Below are positions 41,433 to 52,075 of a stretch of 64,000 nt of DNA, one piece after another. How positions within the stretch are numbered: position 1 is the first letter of the stretch; each line of letters starts with the position of its first letter. Origin of the DNA: Promethearchaeota archaeon (lineage in GTDB: Archaea; Asgardarchaeota; Lokiarchaeia; Sigyniarchaeales; SOKP01); contig JAHPZA010000009.1 in NCBI GenBank assembly GCA_019058445.1, forward strand, positions 646,410 to 710,409. Direction: 5' to 3'. The translations under genes were made by a program, and so were the position numbers. The notes under the pieces are model-generated. The model worked only from the letters and a program-made list of their open reading frames with translations, was not told the DNA's origin and did not search any database.

Positions 41433-41472
41433 AATAATATATCCTCTTTGTTTTTGTAATTTATAATAAAGT

Positions 41473-42498
41473 TTATTTTTTCTGTGGTTCTACAATGATC
41501 TTAATCCATTTTTCTCTATCATAATATCTGAACGCATCTACAGCTTCTTCTAATGTAATTCTTTTAGTAATTAGACTTTCTAAATCTAATTTTTTGCTAG
41601 CAATCATATCAAGTGCATCGTCCCAGTAATCTTTATCCGCCTTTGAATTTACCATTGCCTCAGGATATACTAATTCCACACCTTTTTTTCGGCAATTTAC
41701 ATAAGGTATATATTGCATCTTTTGAGCTCCGAATACAATAACTCGATAACCTGATTTAATTATATTAATGGCATCAAGAAGCGTGTCATTATGACCAACC
41801 ATTTCAAAAACAGCATGCGCTTCACCAAAATTCTTTTTAATCTCATCTGCCACTGAGTAATTTCCATGAGTTGCTCTAGAAAATTCATCTGGATTAAACA
41901 CTTTTGCGCCCCATTTTTTAGCAATATCTCTTTTATGATGGTAAGGCTCGCTTGCAGCAACCTCAATGTTATTGTTTAATAATATTTTTGTAAGTATTAG
42001 TCCTATTGGTCCAAGCCCAATAACTATAGCCTTCTTCTCACCTTCAATTTTATCAAGTTCAGCTCTCTCATAGCAATTTATTGCACACCCAACAGCATCA
42101 GCAAATGAAATCTCGTCCATAGTAAGATCATTTCTTACAATCGGAACTCCTCCAGTTAATTCATCTTTCCCATGTCCAACTACATTAACATGAGTAGAAT
42201 ATTCTGCATAACCTTGCCCCATTCTTGCTAAATGATCCCCAACATTTATTTTACCCTCTAAATTTTTCCCAACTTCTACGGTAATTGCTCCAGTTTCATG
42301 CCCATGTCCTCCCGGCTCATGAGCAATAATCCAATGATCTCCTTCAAATATCCCTACATCGCTTCCACAAATACCAACAGATATCATTTCGGCCAAAATT
42401 TGGTTAGGTTCGGGTTTAGGGATATCGAGCTCTATAAGCTTAACTACCCAAGGTTCTGGAAATAACAAGGCTTTCATTTTTCCTTCCATATAACTCAA
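41473..42498 (-). CDS. Zn-dependent MDR polyol/sugar dehydrogenase
   Basis: GICGSD, GHE and GLGPIG; no structural-Zn Cys loop. Confidence 0.85.
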   Translation of the reverse strand: MSYMEGKMKALLFPEPWVVKLIELDIPKPEPNQILAEMISVGICGSDVGIFEGDHWIIAHEPGGHGHETGAITVEVGKNLEGKINVGDHLARMGQGYAEYSTHVNVVGHGKDELTGGVPIVRNDLTMDEISFADAVGCAINCYERAELDKIEGEKKAIVIGLGPIGLILTKILLNNNIEVAASEPYHHKRDIAKKWGAKVFNPDEFSRATHGNYSVADEIKKNFGEAHAVFEMVGHNDTLLDAINIIKSGYRVIVFGAQKMQYIPYVNCRKKGVELVYPEAMVNSKADKDYWDDALDMIASKKLDLESLITKRITLEEAVDAFRYYDREKWIKIIVEPQKK

Positions 42499-42534
42499 CT
42501 TAAAATTTTTTAGTATTATTTTTAAAGATTTTTA

Positions 42535-45342
42535 TTATCTTCCTCTAATACCGTCAATTAACATCATTATTAAATCGCCAATACTCAAGGGGAGTCCCCC
42601 TCCGTGTTCTTCTTCTTGCGCATTAGGATCAAAGTTTTCGTTTACTTTTCTTACCCATTCTAAATAAGATAAGTTCATTAAATCATCAATTTCGTATTCT
42701 CTTTTAATAGATTCTGCTATTTCTCCATAATGAGAGAGATTATTTACTAAATTCATTTTATCTTTTTTTCCAATAATAACTAATGGTGGTAATGAAAAAT
42801 GATCTGCAAGAGACTGTACAGATTCAGGAGGTTTATCTCCTTTATAGGGTGCGATGATTAAATCAAAATTCAAAGTTTTTCCATTATAAGTTGGTGCTGT
42901 TGGTTGGTCTTGATGAGTTAAGAATTTTTCTGCTATTTTATAGGCACGACCTGAGCCTGTTGTCCAATAATGTAATATTTTTCCATAATAATTTCCAAAG
43001 GGATTAATTCGAACTTGTTGACCCTTTTTATATCCATCTCCAAACCCTTTATCTTTAATCTTTAAAGGACTAAAAGCAAAGTTAGATGCTTTTAACGAAT
43101 TGAATCCTACTAATATACCATTTTTTCTGTCTGAAACAGCCATCCATCCATCAGAGATATTACTTACAAGGTTATCTATATTTTTATTCCGAGAATCGAC
43201 TTCCCGTATATCAAGATCGAAATAAGATACTCTACCTAAAAAATTTCTTTTCCATATTCTTAATGGTTCATTATTGCCGATAAGATTAGGTTTAATTTCA
43301 CATGGGATAACTTCTTGCCATCTATTATCATATTTCTCAGCAACATAAGCATGACCATCTTCAATAGTACTTTCACCTATGATGTCGCACAACTTCATTT
43401 TAACATCCACGAACATCGCTGGAACCCCTGAATATAGGATAAGTATTTTTTCTGATTGGACGTCATATCCCCTTAAAATTTCAAATTTACTATAAATTTT
43501 AATTGATGCTGAAAATCCATCACTTCCATCTCTCAAAATCTCAATCCTATTACGGTTTGAATGATATCTCTTTCCATTTTTTGATTCTCCGAAGGTCACA
43601 GCAGATTCTAAAAAATTTGGGCATGCTAAATCTACTCCATTAAAATTAAATGAGGTTATTAGACCATTATCATTCAAAATTAATTCTATTATTTCATTTT
43701 GCAGAGATCGAATTGTTGCTTTGATTTTTCCGTTATTCTTTAGATTGTTAGCTGAATTATTTAATGATAATTTAGAAAGATAGATCTTTTCTGATTCGAA
43801 TACTTCTTTTGGAACTATAGCTTCAAGAAAAAGCCCATGGTTCGAATTGTCATCATATAATCCGTATTTAAAATTTCTTAAATTCAAACCTTTATCATTA
43901 TTTAATAATTCATTTGATAGTTCCTGAGGGAGTTTTGTTTTTATAAGAACTGATGAATTAATCTGACTTTTTTCTTGTTCTGTGATGCCCCTGTTTAGTA
44001 TAGGGCAAATTATCATATTATAATCATTATTTTCAATCCTATTGGAAATATATTTAAAAGATTCATCGATTGCTAAATTCACAGCATTTTCAGCAGCATT
44101 ATGAGCTTTTAAAGCGTAAGCCATTCCGGTTTTGATTCTAGTTGGATGCATAAAGGGTACAGATAAACCAAAATTTGTAGTAGAAGCGAGTAATATTTTA
44201 TTTTTAATATATGATTCCGAAGAATCCTTTTCATTGCGAATTAGATTATTAATGTTAGCTTTTTTATTTTCTACCATATTTTGAGAAATTAAAGTATCTG
44301 AAATGCACTTTTGCCACCTTGCTCTTTGTCCGATTGTCCATAATTTAGTATTATCATATTTCTGAGCCCAATTGTAAAATCCATTATTAAGCCCATCAGC
44401 AGCATCAGGATACAATGTTGTCTCGCCATGAATTTTGAGTTTGGGGATAACATCTAATAAGTTTGCGAATTCTACGTAATCTAGTAAATCAACCGCTTCA
44501 GCAAATTCAATTAAACCTCTTGTTTTAGGCATCCATTGTAAAAACTTAGGTAGTTTTTGTGGTAACCACAAATCAACATCCATATCAAAATTGAAGAATA
44601 ATAGGGCATGTCCTGTGATTTCACCTTTTTCTTGCATTTTTCTTATCAATTTAAACCATCTTTTTATCGAAAAATAGTCCACTACATCTCCAAAAGCATA
44701 CATTGGAATCATTATCATCGAGGCATCGGAAATTGATGAATTGAATTTTACTAAACCATATCTCTGATTAGTATTTAACCGCGGATTTAAAAAGGGTCTT
44801 CCGACGTCAAAAGGATACACACAATAATAAATGCAAATTCCCTCTACACCAATTTTATTATAAAGTTCAATCATTCCTTGAGTAAACATCGTTTCTTGAG
44901 TACGGGCGTAAGGTGCAATCCTTCCTGGAAATAACTGTTTCAAACCAATTCCCATTTCATTCTCTAAAAACCATTCATGATCGCGAACAAATTCTTCACT
45001 ATCAAGCATTGGTTTCGCAACATTGCCCCAAGATCCAATTAAAACTTCATCTTTTCCTTTTTTACATCGCTCAATTACTCGTTCCAATACATCTTGCTGG
45101 TACTCTTGTTGAAGTTGTATAGACCAAAAAGTATCACCGTAATCCCAAGTAATTTTCATATCTTTAAAAGAAAATCCCTTTTCTTCAATTTCATCTAATT
45201 TATCAAGAATAGCTCTCATAGTCGTAAGATCAGTTCCGAAGCCATCCCTCCCTCTTGAATCTCCCCGATAAGAATGATAATAATTAATATGGGGAGAGAT
45301 CACAAAAAATATCTTTTTTTCTTTTAAATCCAATTTATTCAT
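42535..45342 (-). CDS. Large GH38/GH57-like glycoside hydrolase
   Basis: N-terminal SPHINYYHS barrel start, beta-rich C-terminal region, 935 aa, no signal peptide. Confidence 0.55.
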   Translation of the reverse strand: MNKLDLKEKKIFFVISPHINYYHSYRGDSRGRDGFGTDLTTMRAILDKLDEIEEKGFSFKDMKITWDYGDTFWSIQLQQEYQQDVLERVIERCKKGKDEVLIGSWGNVAKPMLDSEEFVRDHEWFLENEMGIGLKQLFPGRIAPYARTQETMFTQGMIELYNKIGVEGICIYYCVYPFDVGRPFLNPRLNTNQRYGLVKFNSSISDASMIMIPMYAFGDVVDYFSIKRWFKLIRKMQEKGEITGHALLFFNFDMDVDLWLPQKLPKFLQWMPKTRGLIEFAEAVDLLDYVEFANLLDVIPKLKIHGETTLYPDAADGLNNGFYNWAQKYDNTKLWTIGQRARWQKCISDTLISQNMVENKKANINNLIRNEKDSSESYIKNKILLASTTNFGLSVPFMHPTRIKTGMAYALKAHNAAENAVNLAIDESFKYISNRIENNDYNMIICPILNRGITEQEKSQINSSVLIKTKLPQELSNELLNNDKGLNLRNFKYGLYDDNSNHGLFLEAIVPKEVFESEKIYLSKLSLNNSANNLKNNGKIKATIRSLQNEIIELILNDNGLITSFNFNGVDLACPNFLESAVTFGESKNGKRYHSNRNRIEILRDGSDGFSASIKIYSKFEILRGYDVQSEKILILYSGVPAMFVDVKMKLCDIIGESTIEDGHAYVAEKYDNRWQEVIPCEIKPNLIGNNEPLRIWKRNFLGRVSYFDLDIREVDSRNKNIDNLVSNISDGWMAVSDRKNGILVGFNSLKASNFAFSPLKIKDKGFGDGYKKGQQVRINPFGNYYGKILHYWTTGSGRAYKIAEKFLTHQDQPTAPTYNGKTLNFDLIIAPYKGDKPPESVQSLADHFSLPPLVIIGKKDKMNLVNNLSHYGEIAESIKREYEIDDLMNLSYLEWVRKVNENFDPNAQEEEHGGGLPLSIGDLIMMLIDGIRGR

Positions 45343-45543
45343 TCCCTAATTATTCATTTGTATGTTATTATAAATGCTATTAAAATTAAAAACATTGATA
45401 AAAAAGGATTTGTGAGAGATGATTACCTTTCTTGTGCTATAGAGATGCACTATTTCTCTATATAGATTAACCTTTAATTTTTAATTATAATTAAGTCTTA
45501 TTTGATAAGAGAATTTTATTAATTTTATTAGTTTTATTAAATT

Positions 45544-46305
45544 ATGACAAACTCGAATAACTATGTACTAATTACAGGTGCGAGTAGTGGTATCGGAAGA
45601 GCGACCGTAGAATTTTTAGCTTCAAAGGAATTTTATGTGTATGCTGGTGCCCGAAAACAAGAAGATATCAGAGAATTAAATAAGCTAGGAAATGTGACTG
45701 CTCTTGAAATCGATGTTACAAAGCAAGATACAATTGAAAATGCAGTTAAATATATTAAAAACCAAAAAACAGGTTTAAATGCTCTCATCAATAATGCTGG
45801 TATTGCTCGTGCAGGTCCTTTGATGGAATTGCCAGTAAAAGAGTTATACGAGCAGTTTGATGTTAATCTATTTGGAATACATCGAATAACTAGAATGGTG
45901 TTTCCCTTGTTATTAGAATCAAAAGGAAAAATAGTTATGATGAGCAGTGATTCTGGATTCTTTGCATCTCCCTTTTTTGGACCTTATTGCTCCAGTAAAT
46001 TTGCTTTAGAGGGATACTCTGATTCACTTAGAAGAGAGTTGATTATTTTGGGCGTTAAAATTGTGATAATTGAACCTGGAAGGGTAAATACATCGATATG
46101 GGAAAAGGGCGAAGTTTTACTTAATTCCCTTTTAGCAAGACTAAAGGGGTCCATTTTTGAAAAGATTGCAAAGGAAGTTGGAGAATATGCTATTAAAAAA
46201 GGTAAAACTGAAAGCTTGGATCCTATAGAAATTGCTAAGCTAATATATAAAATACTAAATCTTAAAGAGCCAAAAACGAGATATTTAACAGCACCGGATA
46301 AATAA
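45544..46305 (+). CDS. SDR oxidoreductase; probably prematurely stopped, with the frame continuing to 46383
   Basis: Motifs TGASSGIG, NNAG, YCSSK and IEPG; the frame after the TAA reads RYKLIKILPDKTIDK. Confidence 0.88.
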   Translation: MTNSNNYVLITGASSGIGRATVEFLASKEFYVYAGARKQEDIRELNKLGNVTALEIDVTKQDTIENAVKYIKNQKTGLNALINNAGIARAGPLMELPVKELYEQFDVNLFGIHRITRMVFPLLLESKGKIVMMSSDSGFFASPFFGPYCSSKFALEGYSDSLRRELIILGVKIVIIEPGRVNTSIWEKGEVLLNSLLARLKGSIFEKIAKEVGEYAIKKGKTESLDPIEIAKLIYKILNLKEPKTRYLTAPDK

Positions 46306-46570
46306 AGGTATAAACTTATAAAAATATTACCGGATAAAACAATTGATAAAAGGCTTGAAAAAGAATTTAAAAAAATAAAATAATTTTATTTGAAGATACT
46401 AACAAGATATTGAAAGGGTTCTTATTTTTGTTATTTCATTAAGTTTAAGATTTCGAAATTACCAATCCAATTTAAAATGGTTTAAATATTATAATAAAAT
46501 ATTACACTTTATCATGGCTAACAAGAGATGATTATTTTCTATCATTTCTTAATAAAGGAAGGTAAAAAAT

Positions 46571-47623
46571 ATGCCAAATAGGATAAAATTAGCAATAGTG
46601 GGAATAGGTAATGCTGCTTCGGCTCTGATTCAAGGCATTGAGTATTATAAAGATCGTTCCTTTAATAAGGGTTTGTTATATCCTACATTTGCAGGATATC
46701 ATATAACTGATATTGAGATCTCTGCTGCATTCGATATTTCTGCTAATAAAGTTGGAATGGCTCTTAATGAAGCATTAAAATCCAATGAATTACAAATTAT
46801 TGTAGACTTAAGTAATCAAGATAAAATTGTCTCAATGGGGGTAGTTAAAGATGGAATAATTAAAGAGACAATTGGAAAGATTAACCCTTCAAATGCTCCA
46901 TCTATTAATATAGCAGATAAATTAAGGGATTCGGCTACTGAGATTGTTCTTTGCCTATTACCATCTGGTGCAGATGAAGCAGTGGAATTCTATGCAAAAC
47001 AAGCGTTAGATGCCGGTTGTGCTTTTATTAATGCTACTCCAACTTCAATTGCGACAAACAAAACTTTTGCTAAAAAATATCAAGATGCTGGGCTCCCTCT
47101 AATTGGAGACGATCTTCAAGATCAATTTGGAGCAACAATTGTTCACAAGCTTCTTTTACAACAGATGATAGATCAAGGAGTTGAAATTAAAGAGAGTTAT
47201 GCCTTAGATGTTGGGGGAGGATTAGAGTCCTTGAATACAATCTATCGAACGCGTCATGTAAAACGGGAAATTAAAAGTAAATCTGTAGCTGCTGCCCTCA
47301 AAATAAATGCTCCTATTGTAGCAGGAACTTCTGATTATGTTCCCCATTTAGGAAATAGTAGGAATTCCATGTTATGGTTAGTAGGACAAGGTTTTTTAGG
47401 GTCAGAAATAATAATGGATATTAAAATCCAGACGCAAGACGGGCCTAACGGAGGCGCAATTTTGATTGACGTAATTAGAGCCACCAAAATCGCCTTACAA
47501 CAAGGAGCATCGGGGTCGATAAATGAGATATCAAGTTATGGATTCAAAAATCCCCCCAGACTGATAAGTAACCCAAAAAAAGCGGGAGAGGACTTAGCAA
47601 AATTCATTATGGGGATGATGTAA
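46571..47623 (+). CDS. Myo-inositol-1-phosphate synthase paralogue 1 (degenerate active site)
   Basis: GIGNAASALIQG, AFD and LPSG are present, but GDDLQ, LDVGGGLES and DGPNGGA replace the canonical motifs. Confidence 0.85.
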   Translation: MPNRIKLAIVGIGNAASALIQGIEYYKDRSFNKGLLYPTFAGYHITDIEISAAFDISANKVGMALNEALKSNELQIIVDLSNQDKIVSMGVVKDGIIKETIGKINPSNAPSINIADKLRDSATEIVLCLLPSGADEAVEFYAKQALDAGCAFINATPTSIATNKTFAKKYQDAGLPLIGDDLQDQFGATIVHKLLLQQMIDQGVEIKESYALDVGGGLESLNTIYRTRHVKREIKSKSVAAALKINAPIVAGTSDYVPHLGNSRNSMLWLVGQGFLGSEIIMDIKIQTQDGPNGGAILIDVIRATKIALQQGASGSINEISSYGFKNPPRLISNPKKAGEDLAKFIMGMM

Positions 47624-47628
47624 TAAAG

Positions 47629-48789
47629 ATGAGCAAAACGGATAATAGAGAAATACGGGTCGCTATCGCAGGATTAGGTAACGTGGCGGCAGCAATAGTA
47701 ATGGGTATTGAATACTATAAGAATGTAAAGCAAGAAGAAAAATATCAAGCAGGATTGATTAATGCTTCTGTAGGAGGATATTTACCCTCGGATATTAAGA
47801 TCGTAGCAGCATTCGATATAGCAACAACTAAAATTGGAAAAGATATTTCGGAAGCTATTTATGCTGAGCCTAATATGTGCCATCCGATTATACTTCCGGA
47901 AAATATGCCAAAATCAAATGCATTATGTTACCCAGGTCCTATTTCGGATGGGTGTTATCAAACTAAAGACTCAAAGGGAAAAATAATTTTTGACACCTAT
48001 AACTATTTTAAAGCTTATAATGAAAAAGATGTGAAACCAAGTAATATAACTCAAGTATTACTAGACAATAAAGCACAAATTTTAGTTAATCTACTTCCAG
48101 TTGGAAGTTATCAGGCTTCACGAATTTATGCTCAAGCAGCTTTGGATGCAAATTGTGCATTAATTAATGGAATTCCTGAATTTATTGTCTCAGAGCAAGT
48201 CGAAGGCGATAGAGACTGGGTTGCTGAATTCATAAAAAAAGGTCTCCCCTGTGCGGGAGATGATATTAAATCTCAAGTTGGAGCAACAATCATACATAGA
48301 ACACTTGCGAAATTATTCTTAGATCGAGGAGTTATTGTTAATGATACTTATCAATTGAATATAGGGGGAAATGGCGATTTCTATAATATGAAATCAGAAG
48401 AACGCCTAACCACAAAACGTAAATCAAAAACATCAGCGGTTACAAGTGTTCTTCCGTATGGAGATAAAGTTGGTTGTAGAATCGGTCCAAGTGATTATGT
48501 GCCATTTTTAGGAGATAAAAAAATCTGTTATATTAGAATTAATGGAACTACATTTGGAGGGTTACCACTTGTTTGTGATATGAAATTACGTGTTGAAGAT
48601 TCTCCAAATTCAGCGGGATTAATAATTGATCTTATTCGTCAAACAAGGTTAGCCATAGATAGGGGGATTGTCGGACGTTTGGACAGTATTAGCTCGTTTA
48701 GTTTCAAACATCCACATATTCAACCTTCTTCAGATTTTGAAGCAAAAAAGTGGGTACAAGAATATATTGAGGGTAAAAGAGAGAGATAA
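47629..48789 (+). CDS. ino1: Myo-inositol-1-phosphate synthase (canonical)
   Basis: Motifs GDDIKSQVGAT, LNIGGNGDF.NM, KRKSKT, GPSDY...DKK, DSPNSAG and FKHP. Confidence 0.93.
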   Translation: MSKTDNREIRVAIAGLGNVAAAIVMGIEYYKNVKQEEKYQAGLINASVGGYLPSDIKIVAAFDIATTKIGKDISEAIYAEPNMCHPIILPENMPKSNALCYPGPISDGCYQTKDSKGKIIFDTYNYFKAYNEKDVKPSNITQVLLDNKAQILVNLLPVGSYQASRIYAQAALDANCALINGIPEFIVSEQVEGDRDWVAEFIKKGLPCAGDDIKSQVGATIIHRTLAKLFLDRGVIVNDTYQLNIGGNGDFYNMKSEERLTTKRKSKTSAVTSVLPYGDKVGCRIGPSDYVPFLGDKKICYIRINGTTFGGLPLVCDMKLRVEDSPNSAGLIIDLIRQTRLAIDRGIVGRLDSISSFSFKHPHIQPSSDFEAKKWVQEYIEGKRER

Positions 48790-48954
48790 AAAAAAATTTT
48801 TATATCCTATTGATATTTCATAATTTTTTATGAGAGTTCAAATCACCAAAAAATGAAGTAAGATCTTTATCGGATTCTATATATTATATAGATTAAAAGC
48901 AAGAGCATTTTTTTAAAATGATTTAAATAGGATTATATAATTATACCTATTATC

Positions 48955-50046
48955 ATGGCTAATACAATTAATGTTGCCTTAATTGGACTAGGAGATGTAG
49001 CCTCTGCATTGGTACAAGGTGTTTCCAATTATAAAAAAAATCCGGATAAGATAATTGGTTTACTACCAGAAATTACCCAATATAGTGTTAATGATATTAA
49101 TTTTGTTGTTGGTTTTGAAGTGAATTCAAATAAAATAGGAAAAGATATGAGCGAAGCTATTTTTGCTGAACCTAATTGTAATATGAAATTATACCCTCCT
49201 GAGTTCCTAAATGCCCCAATTTTAAGAGGCCCGATCTTAGATGGATTAGACAGTAATATTAAGGATATTGTCCCGGTCTCGAATGGAGAAGAAGCTGTTA
49301 GCGTATCTAAAGAGATGAAAGATCGATTAGTCGATGTCGCAGTAATTCTACTTCCAACAGGAGCACATAAGGCAGTTAAGTTTTATGCCATGGCTGCTCT
49401 AGAAGCTGGAGCATGTGTTATTTGTGGTATGCCCTCCCATGTTGCAAAAAATCCAGAGATTGTTAAAAAAGCCGAAGAATTAAAATTACCATTAATAGGA
49501 GATGATGTAAAGTCCCAAATAGGTGCTACTATAATTCATAGATCTTTAGCAAATCTTTTTCCAATGAGAGGAGCTATATTGGACCGCACAATCCAGCTCG
49601 ATTGGGGAGGCTGTTCCGATTTTCTAAATCTCTTAACCCCTCAAGCAGATGGAAAGTTAGTGTATGAAGAAGGGAAGCGTCAATCCAAAACAGAGTCTGT
49701 GGTGGCTAAGCTTCAAAATAAAGATACTGTAGAATGCCAAATTTCGGCAGTAGATTATATTCCTTTCTTAAAAAACCAAAAGGAAGCATATATGAGACTT
49801 GAGGGTCGTATTTTTGGAGGTGCTCCTGTTAGAGTGGATATTACAATGTTTGTACAAGACGGTAATAATTCTGCTGGCATTATCGCGGACTGCATTCGCA
49901 TATCTAAGATCGCAAGAGATAGAAAAATAGGCGGAATTCTGTCTTCAGCATGTTCATTTTTTATGAAACATCCTCCAGAACAATTAGAAGATTATATAGC
50001 CAAAAAACATTTGGTAGAATTTATAGAAGGTAATAGAGAAAGATAA
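48955..50046 (+). CDS. Myo-inositol-1-phosphate synthase paralogue 3 (variant)
   Basis: GDDVKSQIGAT, KRQSKT and MKHPP are retained; GLGDVA, LDWGGCSDF and DGNNSAG are variant. Confidence 0.88.
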   Translation: MANTINVALIGLGDVASALVQGVSNYKKNPDKIIGLLPEITQYSVNDINFVVGFEVNSNKIGKDMSEAIFAEPNCNMKLYPPEFLNAPILRGPILDGLDSNIKDIVPVSNGEEAVSVSKEMKDRLVDVAVILLPTGAHKAVKFYAMAALEAGACVICGMPSHVAKNPEIVKKAEELKLPLIGDDVKSQIGATIIHRSLANLFPMRGAILDRTIQLDWGGCSDFLNLLTPQADGKLVYEEGKRQSKTESVVAKLQNKDTVECQISAVDYIPFLKNQKEAYMRLEGRIFGGAPVRVDITMFVQDGNNSAGIIADCIRISKIARDRKIGGILSSACSFFMKHPPEQLEDYIAKKHLVEFIEGNRER

Positions 50047-50089
50047 AATGGGAATTTAAAGAAACTAAATGACAAATTAGCTATATTAT

Positions 50090-51058
50090 TTATGTCATGT
50101 ACGTTCTTGTCTTTAATCTCATAGGGATTCTTTCATCTATCTTTTGTCTTGCTATCAAAAATTCATAAATATAGTCAGAGATAAGACTTATCGCTTCAGG
50201 AATATTTCTAAAACTGGGGAAGTCATTAATATCTATAATATAAGGAACACCTTCCTCACTAAAGATGTAATCAATTCCAAAAACAGACATACCAAACTTC
50301 TTACTTAATCTCAACACTTTTCTTTTCAATTCTTTATCTATAGGTACTCTTATATGTACCATTTCATATGGTGTGAGGGGTCTCTGCTTTATTCTGTTAT
50401 GGGCAGTTATAGATACCACCCATCGGTCTATTACATATACTTTATATACGATATCTATTTTGCCCAAATAATCTTGGAAGAATAACTCATTTTCATCATA
50501 ATTTTTAACCAATTCAATGAAATCATTTATATTTCTTGCAATACCAATAACTCGATCTTCTTTAGGTATATCAGGTGCGTTGTGAATATCATGTTTAATA
50601 ATTATTTTTACTCCATTACTGCAGGCTAAATAAGCGTCTTTGAGAGAAAAATATGATTTTGGAATAGGTATTTTTTTATATTTTTCCTCTATACGCTTAA
50701 AAGTTGCTTTTCTGCTCTCACAGGTCTGAACTGCTTTTAGGCTATTGAGAAGAGGTATTTTTGGGGCATAGATTTTAATAGTATCATATATAATCTGATT
50801 TTCCTTTTCAGAAAGTAATTTAACAATGATTAATGAAATTGGATACTTTTTTATTTTTTTTCGAAAATATTTAATATCAAAAATTCCTTTTTTATTGCCC
50901 TTATGAGGTATGAGATTTACAATTTTGATATTATAGTTAACTTTTGCAAATTTGATGATCTTCTCAAAAATTTCAAGATCCCTATTGCAAATGGCTCCAA
51001 TATAGATTTTTTTTATAGACATAAAAAAAAATAAGGGAGTTTGATACCTTAAAAACAA
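50090..51058 (-). CDS. ITPK1-like ATP-grasp kinase B
   Basis: FQDYL...YKVYVI and VFGIDYI...YIIDINDFPS. Confidence 0.78.
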   Translation of the reverse strand: MFLRYQTPLFFFMSIKKIYIGAICNRDLEIFEKIIKFAKVNYNIKIVNLIPHKGNKKGIFDIKYFRKKIKKYPISLIIVKLLSEKENQIIYDTIKIYAPKIPLLNSLKAVQTCESRKATFKRIEEKYKKIPIPKSYFSLKDAYLACSNGVKIIIKHDIHNAPDIPKEDRVIGIARNINDFIELVKNYDENELFFQDYLGKIDIVYKVYVIDRWVVSITAHNRIKQRPLTPYEMVHIRVPIDKELKRKVLRLSKKFGMSVFGIDYIFSEEGVPYIIDINDFPSFRNIPEAISLISDYIYEFLIARQKIDERIPMRLKTRTYMT

Positions 51059-51229
51059 ACTATCCTATATAAATATATTTATTATTTTTATTGTAATTCG
51101 ATTCCAAACTAACAGATTTTTGGTTAAGAATTAGATAGAATTATGAAAAGTTCTTTTAAAATTATGGAAGATAAGCGAACATTGACTATCCTTGAATTTA
51201 AATGAAATAAAATATTATTTAAACAGTCC

Positions 51230-52066
51230 ATGAGTAAAGTTAAGATTGGAATAATTATTGATAGATATCATCTAGAGCAAAAAGCAACAGAATTTTTAAA
51301 GTACTTAAAATTGGTTGCAAATGTTTCCTTGTATATTGAAGAATCATATCTTTTAAAATCTTTTGACTCCACTTTTGATGAGGATTTATTTTTTGTCAAG
51401 GGTAAGGGAGATTTAATATTAGCCCTTGTTAAACTCATTGAAAAAGAGACGTCAATACCGGTAATTAATTCCTATAAAGGAATTTGGAATGCTATACATA
51501 GGTTCATGAATAGCGTTTTATTAAAAAAAGCAGGAATCCCTGTGCCTGATTTTTCGTTGATTCCTAGTGAATATCCACCACCCTTTGAATCATATATTAT
51601 AAAAAATATTATTGATCAAAAAAATTACAAATTCAAACCGAATATTGAAAATATAAATGGAGCTATAAAAGTAAGCGATGAGAGGGCTTTAACGGAGATG
51701 TATAATGGATTTTATGGAGACATGGGGAATTATCACTATCTCTACTATCAAAAATTTATTAAAAGCGAATGGGAGTATAAGATCTACATTATAGGGGAAG
51801 ATATTTACTTTTACAAGCAAATACCAGTGCTTGTTAATCCTAATAAAATGGAGTCAAGGCGAAAGATTGCCGAAATTCCAGAATTAAAAGAATTGGCTTT
51901 TAAGGCAGTTAAGACAACCGGATTAAAAATTACATCAATAGATTTTCTTCAAAATAAAAATGGACAGTTCTTCTTATCGGATATTAATTGTACTCCAAAT
52001 TTCAATTATATTAAGAATGGTCCAAAAATTGTTGGAGAATATTTAATAGAGCAAGCTAAAAAATGA
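51230..52066 (+). CDS. ITPK1-like ATP-grasp kinase C
   Basis: YQKFI..EYKIYIIG and SIDFL...SDINCTPNF. Confidence 0.7.
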   Translation: MSKVKIGIIIDRYHLEQKATEFLKYLKLVANVSLYIEESYLLKSFDSTFDEDLFFVKGKGDLILALVKLIEKETSIPVINSYKGIWNAIHRFMNSVLLKKAGIPVPDFSLIPSEYPPPFESYIIKNIIDQKNYKFKPNIENINGAIKVSDERALTEMYNGFYGDMGNYHYLYYQKFIKSEWEYKIYIIGEDIYFYKQIPVLVNPNKMESRRKIAEIPELKELAFKAVKTTGLKITSIDFLQNKNGQFFLSDINCTPNFNYIKNGPKIVGEYLIEQAKK

Positions 52067-52075
52067 TTTAAAGAA

